IMG/VR virus record: IMGVR_UViG_3300025732_000035
Span: 1 to 64,000 of that record
Source: a virus
Strand: one strand, 5' to 3'
Length of the DNA: 64,000 bases
In this document: piece by piece, positions 56,207 to 64,000 of the stretch
How positions within the stretch are numbered: position 1 is the first letter of the stretch
Layout: every line of letters begins with the position of its first letter
Notes under the pieces: model-generated
The model's input: only the letters and a program-made list of their open reading frames with translations
Database searches by the model: none
What the model was told of the DNA's origin: nothing
Translations under genes and position numbers: made by a program

Positions 56207-56416
56207 TTAAGCTCCCTTTTTTATTGTTTGAACGCAACCAGAAGGTTGCTTTTCCCAATGCCTCGCAGCATTTGCAATGATGGCAACGTTAGTAATTAAA
56301 TACGATGCAAAGATAAGGGTGCGAATGAATGCCACTTTATCTGCTTCATGATCATGCTTGCTCGCTTTTTCTCCTAACGCTTTCGCCCAAATTCTCCATG
56401 CGTTCTTCCTGCTCAT
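56207..56416 (-). CDS. small hypothetical membrane-associated protein
   Basis: WRIWAKALGEK..ADKVA.IRT..ITN..IIA..RHW, common aquatic-phage family. Confidence 0.7.
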   Translation of the reverse strand: MSRKNAWRIWAKALGEKASKHDHEADKVAFIRTLIFASYLITNVAIIANAARHWEKQPSGCVQTIKKGA

Positions 56417-56594
56417 AAATCCAGGCCTTTAGTTCCCTGACATACTGTCTAATGATGGCAGCTTTTTCTAAATGCCACTGGTCCATGGTGAGAAAATATT
56501 GGGCATTATGCCAATCAATGGCTCGCAAAGATTGGTAAATAATAGGATTGAGCGGCTCACGCAATGGCGTGTTGAACGTTCGGCGCTCGGTCAT
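56352..56594 (-). CDS. hypothetical protein
   Basis: 80-aa ORF in operon. Confidence 0.6.
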   Translation of the reverse strand: MTERRTFNTPLREPLNPIIYQSLRAIDWHNAQYFLTMDQWHLEKAAIIRQYVRELKAWIYEQEERMENLGESVRRKSEQA

Positions 56595-57114
56595 TGGAGG
56601 AGAAATAAAGCATCGCCTCGTCCCAATGAATGGGCGCGAAGTTGTGTTGTTCTACACAACAATTAAGATAGCGCCTATCTAGGCTCCCATCAGGGAGTCT
56701 CACGTTATGACAATGTAAGTGACCATGAATATTTCCTTTAAATCGCTGTTTAAACAGCTCAGGATGTAGCGGAATGTGGCTCATCATGAATTCATGATGA
56801 TAAAAACATCCACGAATGTCATCAAAATACTGCGCATAATCTTGCAGCTTGAAAATATCATGGTTACCACGCACTAATACTTTCCTCCCATTGAGCTGCT
56901 CCAAGATCTTCAAGCCGCGACGGGCAATTGCCACGTCACCAAGCACGTAAATGCGATCTTTAGGCTTAACGCGCTTGTTCCATTGCTCCACCATGAACGC
57001 ATCACCTTCTGCTGCGTCCTTAAATGGACGCAGTTTCTCGCCATCAGGCCTCAAAAACGTATAGGCCTTATCGTGGCAAAAGTGATTGTCTGACGTGAGC
57101 CAACAGTTGATCAT
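56557..57114 (-). CDS. calcineurin-like metallophosphoesterase
   Basis: SDNH, LGD, GNHD, SHIP, HGHLH. Confidence 0.92.
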   Translation of the reverse strand: MINCWLTSDNHFCHDKAYTFLRPDGEKLRPFKDAAEGDAFMVEQWNKRVKPKDRIYVLGDVAIARRGLKILEQLNGRKVLVRGNHDIFKLQDYAQYFDDIRGCFYHHEFMMSHIPLHPELFKQRFKGNIHGHLHCHNVRLPDGSLDRRYLNCCVEQHNFAPIHWDEAMLYFSSNDRAPNVQHAIA

Positions 57115-57308
57115 TGGCTGTATTCCTTAACCACTTGCCGCTTGATCGGCTTTGTCATTTTTAGCTCAGCCACGCGAAGTTCCGCCTCAGCTAAAGACTC
57201 GCAGATCCCACGCGGCTCCCACCACCACCAACAACGCTCTTCCACGTCGAAAATTGGCACGCCTAAATTCAAAAAAGAGGCCCGTCGAACAATGCGATAG
57301 CGGATCAT
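57111..57308 (-). CDS. hypothetical protein (MIRYRIV...)
   Basis: ATG directly after tRNA-like element; ATGA-coupled downstream. Confidence 0.55.
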   Translation of the reverse strand: MIRYRIVRRASFLNLGVPIFDVEERCWWWWEPRGICESLAEAELRVAELKMTKPIKRQVVKEYSQ

Positions 57309-57311
57309 GAA

Positions 57312-57441
57312 AGGCGCTGCCGGGAATCGAACCACGGAATTCTAGGCTATCTGCCTAACGTGTACCAACACTTCAGGGCCAGATGGCTTAAGCGTGAAGC
57401 GATTAACAAGTGCTAATCGCTTCAGAGGCTTAAGCTCTATC
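57312..57441 (-). ncRNA. long hairpin plus degenerate tRNA-like cloverleaf
   Basis: cloverleaf 57380-57312 with GGTTCGATTCC T loop; hairpin 57386-57435; promoter TTGACC-N17-TAGCAT (57476-57448). Confidence 0.6.
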
Positions 57442-57483
57442 AGCCCGATGCTAATGCATAGCGGGAACTTGGTCAATATAGCA

Positions 57484-58224
57484 TTACGCTCTGCCGTAGC
57501 TAGGAAGTGATACGTTTGAACTCTCAAAAAAAGCTATAGCCCGGCTTGCACGCAGAGAGGAAAGGTCTTCAGCTTTGCCAGTCCAAAACAAACTCTTGGA
57601 CTGACGCAGCCAGAAATCCTTATCAAGCCATTTATTGGAAGAACTGCCAAGCTTTTCAAACATCCATGCAGCAGTGGCAGCACGAAGCTTGTCAAGACTT
57701 TGACTTTCTTTCTCGCCAAGTTCTTTGCTGAGCATGCCATTCACCGCCACATGAACGCGCTCGTCTTTGGAAATGTCTTGCGACACAGTGCGCATACCAA
57801 CATCGCCAGTTTGGCGGAAGAATGGTAGCGCCACGAAGAAGATAGAACGCTCCATAATGCCCGCCTTAAGAATGGGGTGGGCAGGGTGGTCGTTCCAGGC
57901 TTGCAGAATACTCATGACTTCCTTCTCGGCCTTGGCATCAGTGCCATGGGCGACAGCGACGTAATTAAGGGCTTCCAAATGGCGGTCCTCATCGTCTTGG
58001 TTGGAACGCAGCGCTTCAATGATGCCAGGCGTAGAAGGAAGCTCACGCTCCATGCCCTGCTCCAGAAGCTCCTTTACGGGAATCTCCAGATGGCGCAGTG
58101 CAAGCATCTTGAGCAGCGTCTCTTCAGCCCCTTCAAGCACTTGCCCTTTGTCAACGGCAACGGCCTGCCACGGGCTCTTCTTGGCAATGGTGGACGAATA
58201 AGGGGAGGCAATGGCAGTGGTCAT
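57484..58224 (-). CDS. nrdB: ribonucleotide reductase small (beta) subunit, ferritin-like
   Basis: LE, DEDRH, ME, DERVH di-metal ligand pattern; adjacent to alpha subunit. Confidence 0.75.
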   Translation of the reverse strand: MTTAIASPYSSTIAKKSPWQAVAVDKGQVLEGAEETLLKMLALRHLEIPVKELLEQGMERELPSTPGIIEALRSNQDDEDRHLEALNYVAVAHGTDAKAEKEVMSILQAWNDHPAHPILKAGIMERSIFFVALPFFRQTGDVGMRTVSQDISKDERVHVAVNGMLSKELGEKESQSLDKLRAATAAWMFEKLGSSSNKWLDKDFWLRQSKSLFWTGKAEDLSSLRASRAIAFFESSNVSLPSYGRA

Positions 58225-58253
58225 TTTCTAACAATGCAAAAGTGATTTGGGCA

Positions 58254-58279
58254 AGAAAGGGGCCGTTAGGCCCCTTTCT
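58254..58279 (-). terminator. terminator-like hairpin between RNR genes
   Basis: AGAAAGGGGCC-TAAC-GGCCCCTTTCT. Confidence 0.65.
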
Positions 58280-59724
58280 CATTCGGCGCAGCTAGAGCAA
58301 AATCCTGCATCTAGCGAACAGCTTTCAGAAGAATCGTCAACTTCATCATTGAAGCCAAACATGCTCTTAAAGTCTTCATCTAGCGCTGCATACGCATCAT
58401 CTTTCCGCTGCATGTCCGGGAGAACCTGCAAGCTGTAGTAGATGCTCGTCTGAGGTGATTCTAGCCAAGAGCGCAAGAATGCTTCGTCGTAAATAACCAA
58501 ATCCCCCCAAGTGTTCATTGAATATCCATGGAATAATCCTGTGCGCTGAAACAATGCGACAAAGCCATTGGCCACTTTAAAGAACTTATCCCAGCCAACT
58601 TCTGCGGCAATTTCTACGTCGCCATAATCAAATTGCTCCACGCCAAAAGTGCCACTATCCCGATCAACAATGCGGCCGATGGGAGGAGCAATTTCAGGGG
58701 CTGTAGTAAAACCTTTTGTGTCAAGATAGCGGTAGGAACATGATGCAGTGGGAGCAATGCAGAAAGCACGTTCCATGCCATGTTCGCGAGCAATTTCCGC
58801 TGCTTTTTGAATGCCTTGATCAAGATGCCATACAGCATCACCAGAGAGAGTGCCGTTCCAGAAATCATTCCAATTACGCGGGTCTTCGGCTAGATAAGCC
58901 TCAAGAGCATTACCAAAATCTTCGTAGCTAACGCCATGAATAGCCAAGAAATTAGCCAAACCAAGCACGCCTAGTCCTACCTGCTTATCGACAGCCGGGG
59001 AAAGATATTCGCCAGTATCGCCAACACCAGTACCAGGATGCAACTCGCAGAGCTGTTTCATGCCTTCAATAAATGCACCTTGAAGGTTTTCCATGGTGCA
59101 GGCGCCAAGATTTACATGCTGCAACAAGCAAGTACCACGATGCTTCAGCCAAATTTCTTCGCAAACATTTGGCCAAATGCGTTCGCCTTTGCTATCAACA
59201 CGCTTCTTGGTTAGCCATAAGTCTCCCGTTTCAAGGCCGCGCAAAACCGCTGCCATTAATGCAGGAGAAGCTTTCTCCATAAACTGTTCGTCAACGGTCA
59301 AAGAGCGCTTCACCCAAGGAAGTTCAGCTCGCGGAGCTTGGATGAAATCAATGGCATCAGGATGATCGTAATCAAGATGCAAAGTAACAGCGCCATTTTT
59401 AAATTTTCCACCACGACGCAACACTTCATTCAGCTTGCTGTAAATACCAGCAAAGCTTACGGGGCCACTGGCAACAAGCCCTTTCCCGTTTTCTTCGCCT
59501 TTGGGGCGCAACTTTGAAAGATTTACAGCAGCGCCAGCAGCATTGCGAAGAGCATGACTAACGAAACGCCAAGACGCCTCAATGCCATCAGGCCCTTCCA
59601 TTGAGTCCTCCACTGCAAACGTAGTGCAACTTACGGCTAACCGCCCTTCTGGATCATTAAGCCAATCCTGCACTCGACCAGTGCGAGCAATCATTTCGCA
59701 CTTCGCTTTTCCCTTCAAACTCAT
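58279..59724 (-). CDS. nrdA: ribonucleotide reductase large (alpha) subunit, compact cyanophage type
   Basis: VSC, LSKLRPKG, ASGPVSF, NVCEE, CLLQHVNL, GLGVLG, IAPTAS, YY, C-terminal CSSCAE. Confidence 0.9.
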   Translation of the reverse strand: MSLKGKAKCEMIARTGRVQDWLNDPEGRLAVSCTTFAVEDSMEGPDGIEASWRFVSHALRNAAGAAVNLSKLRPKGEENGKGLVASGPVSFAGIYSKLNEVLRRGGKFKNGAVTLHLDYDHPDAIDFIQAPRAELPWVKRSLTVDEQFMEKASPALMAAVLRGLETGDLWLTKKRVDSKGERIWPNVCEEIWLKHRGTCLLQHVNLGACTMENLQGAFIEGMKQLCELHPGTGVGDTGEYLSPAVDKQVGLGVLGLANFLAIHGVSYEDFGNALEAYLAEDPRNWNDFWNGTLSGDAVWHLDQGIQKAAEIAREHGMERAFCIAPTASCSYRYLDTKGFTTAPEIAPPIGRIVDRDSGTFGVEQFDYGDVEIAAEVGWDKFFKVANGFVALFQRTGLFHGYSMNTWGDLVIYDEAFLRSWLESPQTSIYYSLQVLPDMQRKDDAYAALDEDFKSMFGFNDEVDDSSESCSLDAGFCSSCAE

Positions 59725-59780
59725 GAGACAACAAAGCCCCGCGATGCGGGGCGCGACCAACGAAAGCAGGCTAGCGCAAA

Positions 59781-60428
59781 TCAGCTCGCCGGAACGATCA
59801 AATCGTTAAGAAAAGCATATGATCCATGCAGCTCAGAAGCTGCTTTGTTGTAGGCCATCGCGGCCTCTTCTTCGGTGGCAAAAGTACCCAGGTATTTACG
59901 CTTTTTCTGCCAATCAATATATGCCATCCATGGCTTATTTTCTGAACGCTTATTTCTGCAGACGCCCTTAAATTGACTCGACGTGAGTTGATTCCTCTTA
60001 GGGGCATTCGCCCTGTTTTGAGAATCGGAAACAAGACGCAAATTCAATGGATTGTGATTGAATTTATTCCCATCAATGTGATCAATTTGATATTCGCTTG
60101 GATCAACCTTGTAATGCAAAAAATAAACAATGCGGTGGCCAAGAAATAGAACGTCCTTTCCTTCCACTCGAATGCCCACTTGAAAGTAGCCCGTACTGCG
60201 ACTTCCGCTTGTATCTTGCCATCCAGCGTGGTCACCAGGCTTGAGCTTTCTGCTGCGAGGATTGCGCCAAGAAAGCCAGCTTGGACTTTCGGGGTCAAGA
60301 ATCAACAAATCCTCCAAGAGCTGCAATGAAGGAAGAGAACGATGTGCTAGCTTTGCCATGTCATCTAGTAGTAGTAGGTGGCCAGAAGCGGAACGCGCCA
60401 ACGTTGCCGCTTCACAATATTTTAGCAA
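59781..60428 (-). CDS. HNH-AP2 homing endonuclease
   Basis: HRIVY..IDHIDGNKFNH..NLR; SSQFKGV..WMAYI..YLGTF..AAMAYNKA; probable start 60359. Confidence 0.9.
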   Translation of the reverse strand: MLKYCEAATLARSASGHLLLLDDMAKLAHRSLPSLQLLEDLLILDPESPSWLSWRNPRSRKLKPGDHAGWQDTSGSRSTGYFQVGIRVEGKDVLFLGHRIVYFLHYKVDPSEYQIDHIDGNKFNHNPLNLRLVSDSQNRANAPKRNQLTSSQFKGVCRNKRSENKPWMAYIDWQKKRKYLGTFATEEEAAMAYNKAASELHGSYAFLNDLIVPAS

Positions 60429-60434
60429 ATGGCT

Positions 60435-60626
60435 TTAATCGCAAAGCCCCTCTGGATCGTCCACTGCCAATAAGTCCTTGACAAACAACTTGGCTTCATT
60501 TGTGGTCCTGAAATAAAATGGCTTGCCATCAATGGCAGCAAACCATTGAAATTCTGGCTTGCTAAAACATGGCCACAATTTATACGGGCCAATGTTAAAT
60601 GGCTGGCGATCAGGCAGTCCCCACAT
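60435..60626 (-). CDS. hypothetical protein
   Basis: 63-aa ATG ORF heading minus-strand operon. Confidence 0.55.
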   Translation of the reverse strand: MWGLPDRQPFNIGPYKLWPCFSKPEFQWFAAIDGKPFYFRTTNEAKLFVKDLLAVDDPEGLCD

Positions 60627-60649
60627 AATGCTTTATCGAAGATCATCTC

Positions 60650-60720
60650 ACGCTAATCGTTATCAAGAATTACGTAAGTAGGTTTTAATACTTTCTCCAC
60701 CTTTGTGTCTGTATTACCAT
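60650..60720. promoter_or_regulatory. possible NtcA-type box with divergent -10 elements
   Basis: GTA-N8-TAC 60678-60691; TAGCGT 22 nt away on minus, TACCAT 23 nt away on plus. Confidence 0.35.
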
Positions 60721-60895
60721 TGAATCCTTAAGAAAAACGGAAAAAATTTGGGCTTTTGTATCACTACGATACCAAAAACATCACATTTGAGCCACGGTGC
60801 GAGATACGATAGCTAAAGCGGAGCTGCTGCCTAGTGCAAGCAAGAGCAGCACCGCTGGTCTAGACGACGTTCCTCAAGCCAAAGCACCCTGGCAA

Positions 60896-61226
60896 GTGGA
60901 GACGCCCCAAGCGTCGGAACGTCTACTAGCTAAAAGGCTAGACAAGCCGCTTAATTCTCATGAAGTGGAGCCCCCAAAAGGGCGGAACGCTCCAGACAAG
61001 CGGCGAAACACCAAGGGCTGATCCAGATCCTAAGTAATGGGTCGCGCATACTATGCGTCGCTGCGGGAAAAGCAAAAAATCATTGATTTCCATCTTTATC
61101 TTCTGAGCAGCGGCCCCTTTAAGGGCCGCTTTCTGGCATTAAGAGCAATGCAAAGAAGGAATGCGCGAATCGTTAGCGCTTGCTTTTGATTAGTGCGTCA
61201 TTCCGACGCCTTTAGGGCGTCTCCAT
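60896..61226. repeat. three GGA-stem-loop-GGA hairpins (two on +, one on -) in non-coding region
   Basis: 60896-60920, 60965-60988 (+); 61200-61226 (-). Confidence 0.75.
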
Positions 61227-61322
61227 TGGTCTAGAAAATTGCTTGAGATCTCTAGAGATGCCTCAGGCGGCGTCTTCGACTTGCCTTCGGCATAGTGCAA
61301 CTAGCTTTTTACTCGTTAAATT

Positions 61323-61775
61323 TTGACGAAAGCACGCTGCCTCTTAATGAATCCTGGCTTGCTACAAGGCAATCTCTTCTCAATCCTCTTAAGTAATTCA
61401 CATGCAACTGAAGCAACTAAAACTTGTCAGCTCTGCAAAGAATCAAAACCACTAATCGCTTTTCCTAATCAACCTCGCAATAAAGATAATCTTGATTCTC
61501 GTTGTAGAACCTGCATTCGACAACACACTAAATTACGTGCTCGCTTAAAACGAAAATTTCCAGTGCCTCCTCCAGGTTTATGCCCTATATGCCATCGCTA
61601 TACAGAAGAATGGGTGCTTGATCATTGTCATAACACTGATGCCTTTCGTGGTTACATCTGTAGATCATGCAATCTTGGCCTTGGTCATTTTGATGACAAT
61701 CCAGATCTTGTCCAAGCTGCCCTTGATTACTTGCTAGGTATAAATACTAAAGGCGATTTTCTAGATGAAAAATGA
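61323..61775 (+). CDS. endonuclease VII-family homing endonuclease
   Basis: KTCQLCKESKP..CRTC; CPIC..LDHCH..FRGYICRSCNLGLG.FDDN. Confidence 0.85.
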   Translation: MTKARCLLMNPGLLQGNLFSILLSNSHATEATKTCQLCKESKPLIAFPNQPRNKDNLDSRCRTCIRQHTKLRARLKRKFPVPPPGLCPICHRYTEEWVLDHCHNTDAFRGYICRSCNLGLGHFDDNPDLVQAALDYLLGINTKGDFLDEK

Positions 61776-62083
61776 CGCCACATTATGGAGGATATACCGC
61801 AGCCCCGCAAACAAAAACAGCCGGGCTACCGCGCCACGGCTCAAATGTCAAGCACTTGCAACAATACGTTACACGGCGGATTGTTGCAAAACTAATCCCG
61901 AGTTGGCAGGTCGGGATTAGTTTTGCACAGCCCTGCGGAAAAAGATATTCTCTCCACCGATAGGATCGCCAGTAGGAGACTGACCGCCAGAGCCCGCTAG
62001 GATCGGCATCCTGAGGCGATAAAGCCCGCTAGGTGAGAGGCTAGCGGGCTCAGCTTGTGACGTCTTGTGAGAGCTTCTAGAGG

Positions 62084-62323
62084 CTAGTCTAGAAGCTGAT
62101 CAGCCATAGAAGCTTCAAGACCAAACTCTAGAAGGTATCGTCTAGCGGCTTCTATATCACCGTAGTAGTCGGTGATATCTTCTAAGATTGCGTCTTGATC
62201 TAGGTCATAGTCTGCCACTAGGTGTTCAATAAGTAAACTTATTGCGTCACGTGGGTCCATGTTGTGAACCACGCGTGTTAGGTGGTCGCGGGAGAGGGTC
62301 CGGATTTGCGTGTTAGTGAGCAT
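62084..62323 (-). CDS. hypothetical acidic protein
   Basis: 79-aa ORF followed by GCCCGCTAG hairpin at ~62022-62050. Confidence 0.6.
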   Translation of the reverse strand: MLTNTQIRTLSRDHLTRVVHNMDPRDAISLLIEHLVADYDLDQDAILEDITDYYGDIEAARRYLLEFGLEASMADQLLD

Positions 62324-62488
62324 GGCTGCGGGCTTCGGTAGCGGTACGAAAAGGGGCGGCTGGTGAGAGAGTTTGAAGCGCTTCTAGAAGCGCTTCTAGC
62401 GTGGGCAGTTCGTCGTGGTCGGCTTGTGGTAAGTAAGATTCCACAAGATATAGAAGCATGAACGCTTGTGAACGTGATAGCTTCATTA

Positions 62489-63151
62489 TTAGTAGTTATT
62501 GTGGAGAATAAAGACGGAATTATCGAACTCTATGGTTGAGAAATCATAGGTAAGCTGATGGTCCCAAGCACGCTGCCAGTCAATAAAGCAAGCTACAGGG
62601 CTATCAGCGATGCTGTAATCGAGCTCACAGTAGTATTCCTCAGCAAATTCTCGTTCCCAATGATAGTTTGGATGGTGGATGACGGTATAAAAGGCATCTT
62701 CTAGCTGCTGCGCAGTAGTGATGCCAAGATCATCCAACTCAGCCATAAAGTCTAGAGTTTGGCGATGAGTCCACTTCTCGCCGAACTTATCAGTGATGTC
62801 GTTGTACAGTTCTTGCAACGGTAGGCTAAGTGCGTCAAATTCTTTATCTTCATCAATAGCGTCTTGAAGCGTTACGTGATAGTTAGGGTCGGCCCCTAGT
62901 TTGGCTTCCAAGAGGGCTTCATAAAAGCTAATAAAGCTGACCTTGCCGTTCTCGCGAACGTGGCCGGATGCGGCCACAAGATCAGTTTTGCTGGGGAATC
63001 GTTCGGGGTATTGCTTAGCGTGCTCGATAAGATCGGCGCCTTTAAGTGGAACGCTGGGAACCACGTAGTAGTAAGCACTGATCGCGGCTGCACAAGCAGT
63101 GCCGGGATAGAAGCCAGTGATGCCGGAAGCGGCAATAGGAAGGGCAAGCAT
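62489..63151 (-). CDS. cyanobacterial AbrB-like domain fused to ArdA-like acidic domain
   Basis: LKGADL..SKTDLV..GH..FYEALLEAK; EREFAEEY..FIDWQRAW..YDF. Confidence 0.65.
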   Translation of the reverse strand: MLALPIAASGITGFYPGTACAAAISAYYYVVPSVPLKGADLIEHAKQYPERFPSKTDLVAASGHVRENGKVSFISFYEALLEAKLGADPNYHVTLQDAIDEDKEFDALSLPLQELYNDITDKFGEKWTHRQTLDFMAELDDLGITTAQQLEDAFYTVIHHPNYHWEREFAEEYYCELDYSIADSPVACFIDWQRAWDHQLTYDFSTIEFDNSVFILHNNY

Positions 63152-63501
63152 GATCGAAAGTAAGCAAGAGGGCCGCATCGCTGCGGCTAAAGGAACAATA
63201 CCACCGATAAGGGGCAAAGCGAGGCTAGAAGCGCCTGCGATAAGCACAGGCGATCGTTTGGCGTTGAAAAGGCCGCTGATAAGCGGATAGGCTTATCAGT
63301 GCCCGATCCGCGACGCAATGACAAGCCAGGCTTATCAGTGGGGAGAGACTGCGCGCAGTGCTCAGCAGAGAAACGATCGCGCGCACGCGCGTATCATCTC
63401 TCCTGCCAAAAGGTCAACCGCCGCAACAATCCGCAACATTCAGCGCTCATACCATTGGAAGCGCCAGAACCGCCATCGGCGTTACGTATTGAAATATCTA
63501 C

Positions 63502-63621
63502 ACTTAGGGCTGAACAGTAGGGCTCAACTAGCGCTAAACAGTGAGAGAGAACTAGCGCTAAACAGTGAGAGAGAACTAGCGCTAAACAGTGAGGCTCAAC
63601 TAGCACTGCGCAGTAAAGCTC
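63502..63621 (+). repeat. 24-bp tandem repeat, 5 units (AACTAGCGCTAAACAGTGAGAGAG consensus)
   Basis: two exact, one near-exact and two degenerate units. Confidence 0.9.
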
Positions 63622-63821
63622 ACCTAAGGCCTAGCGGTAGACAGCACAAATACGGCGGAACGGTAAACATAGGCGATCGCGGCAGAATCACGCTGGTGAG
63701 AGTAGACAGCCACTCGCGGCAGTTAGTCTCACTGAAGCTCGGCAGAATCGCGCCAGTAAGTAAGTGGAATCAGCACACTGCCAGTAGCCTACATTTAAGG
63801 CCGCCACCAATAGGAGACACC

Positions 63822-63948
63822 TAGTACGGCCACAAGTGAGCCTCACTTAGCACGGTCACAAGTGAGCCTCTCTTAAGGCCGTCACCAGTAGGGTATATCT
63901 ACGCTTGCTGGGTAGGGTATATCTACGGCCGCTAGGTAGAGTATATTC
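63822..63948 (+). repeat. 26-bp repeat x2 (..CACAAGTGAGCCTC) and 24-bp-period GTAGGGTATATCTACG x2-3
   Basis: directly visible. Confidence 0.85.
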
Positions 63949-64000
63949 TCCCTATTCCCCACCGGAGAACCGGGGAATCGCCCTCGCTTCGGACTAGTAC

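Noticed and set aside
57312-57447. tmRNA or canonical tRNA-Ile(GAU)
   Set aside because: Too short and lacks tag ORF and pseudoknots for tmRNA; A33, acceptor mismatch and T-stem bulge argue against a normal tRNA
60797-61021. 74-aa ORF
   Set aside because: GTG start, overlaps the structured repeats, no recognisable protein features
63318-63824. 168-aa repeat protein or mini-CRISPR
   Set aside because: Frame stays open mainly because the 24-bp unit is a multiple of 3; repeats are contiguous with no spacers

Overview
The whole window is part (possibly most) of one long-tailed (siphovirus-type) dsDNA phage genome, very probably a cyanophage of picocyanobacteria. Host clues are a compact cyanophage-type class I ribonucleotide reductase pair, a cyanobacterial AbrB-like domain, ThyX and dCTP deaminase. 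Layout: 0-6.3 kb (-) small hypotheticals, a terminase-small-like HTH protein and a primase-helicase; 6.4-13.1 kb (+) recombination and nucleotide genes (Sak3-like SSAP, exonuclease, SSB-like, dcd, thyX); 13.7-15.4 kb lysis; 15.6-53.7 kb mostly (-) tail and head genes, interrupted by a 7-gene glycosylation cluster; 53.8-55.9 kb (+) TerL; then a structured RNA plus tRNA-Leu, a tRNA-like RNA, RNR, two homing endonucleases, an AbrB-ArdA-like fusion and a tandem-repeat region. I recognise no integrase, DNA polymerase, CRISPR array, reverse transcriptase or photosynthesis genes. Most notable: (1) three direct copies of a 14-bp site (AGTGA-NNN-GGACTA) that exactly delimit gene cassettes behind the tail-fibre gene, resembling an integron-like cassette array; (2) a second, non-tail -1 frameshift signal (A_AAA_AAG plus 9-bp hairpin) in the head region; (3) a glycosyltransferase/sugar-modifying cluster inside the head module; (4) a covarying GGA/GRA hairpin motif shared by two distant non-coding loci; (5) two candidate ncRNAs. 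All protein calls come from motif recognition by eye, without database searches.
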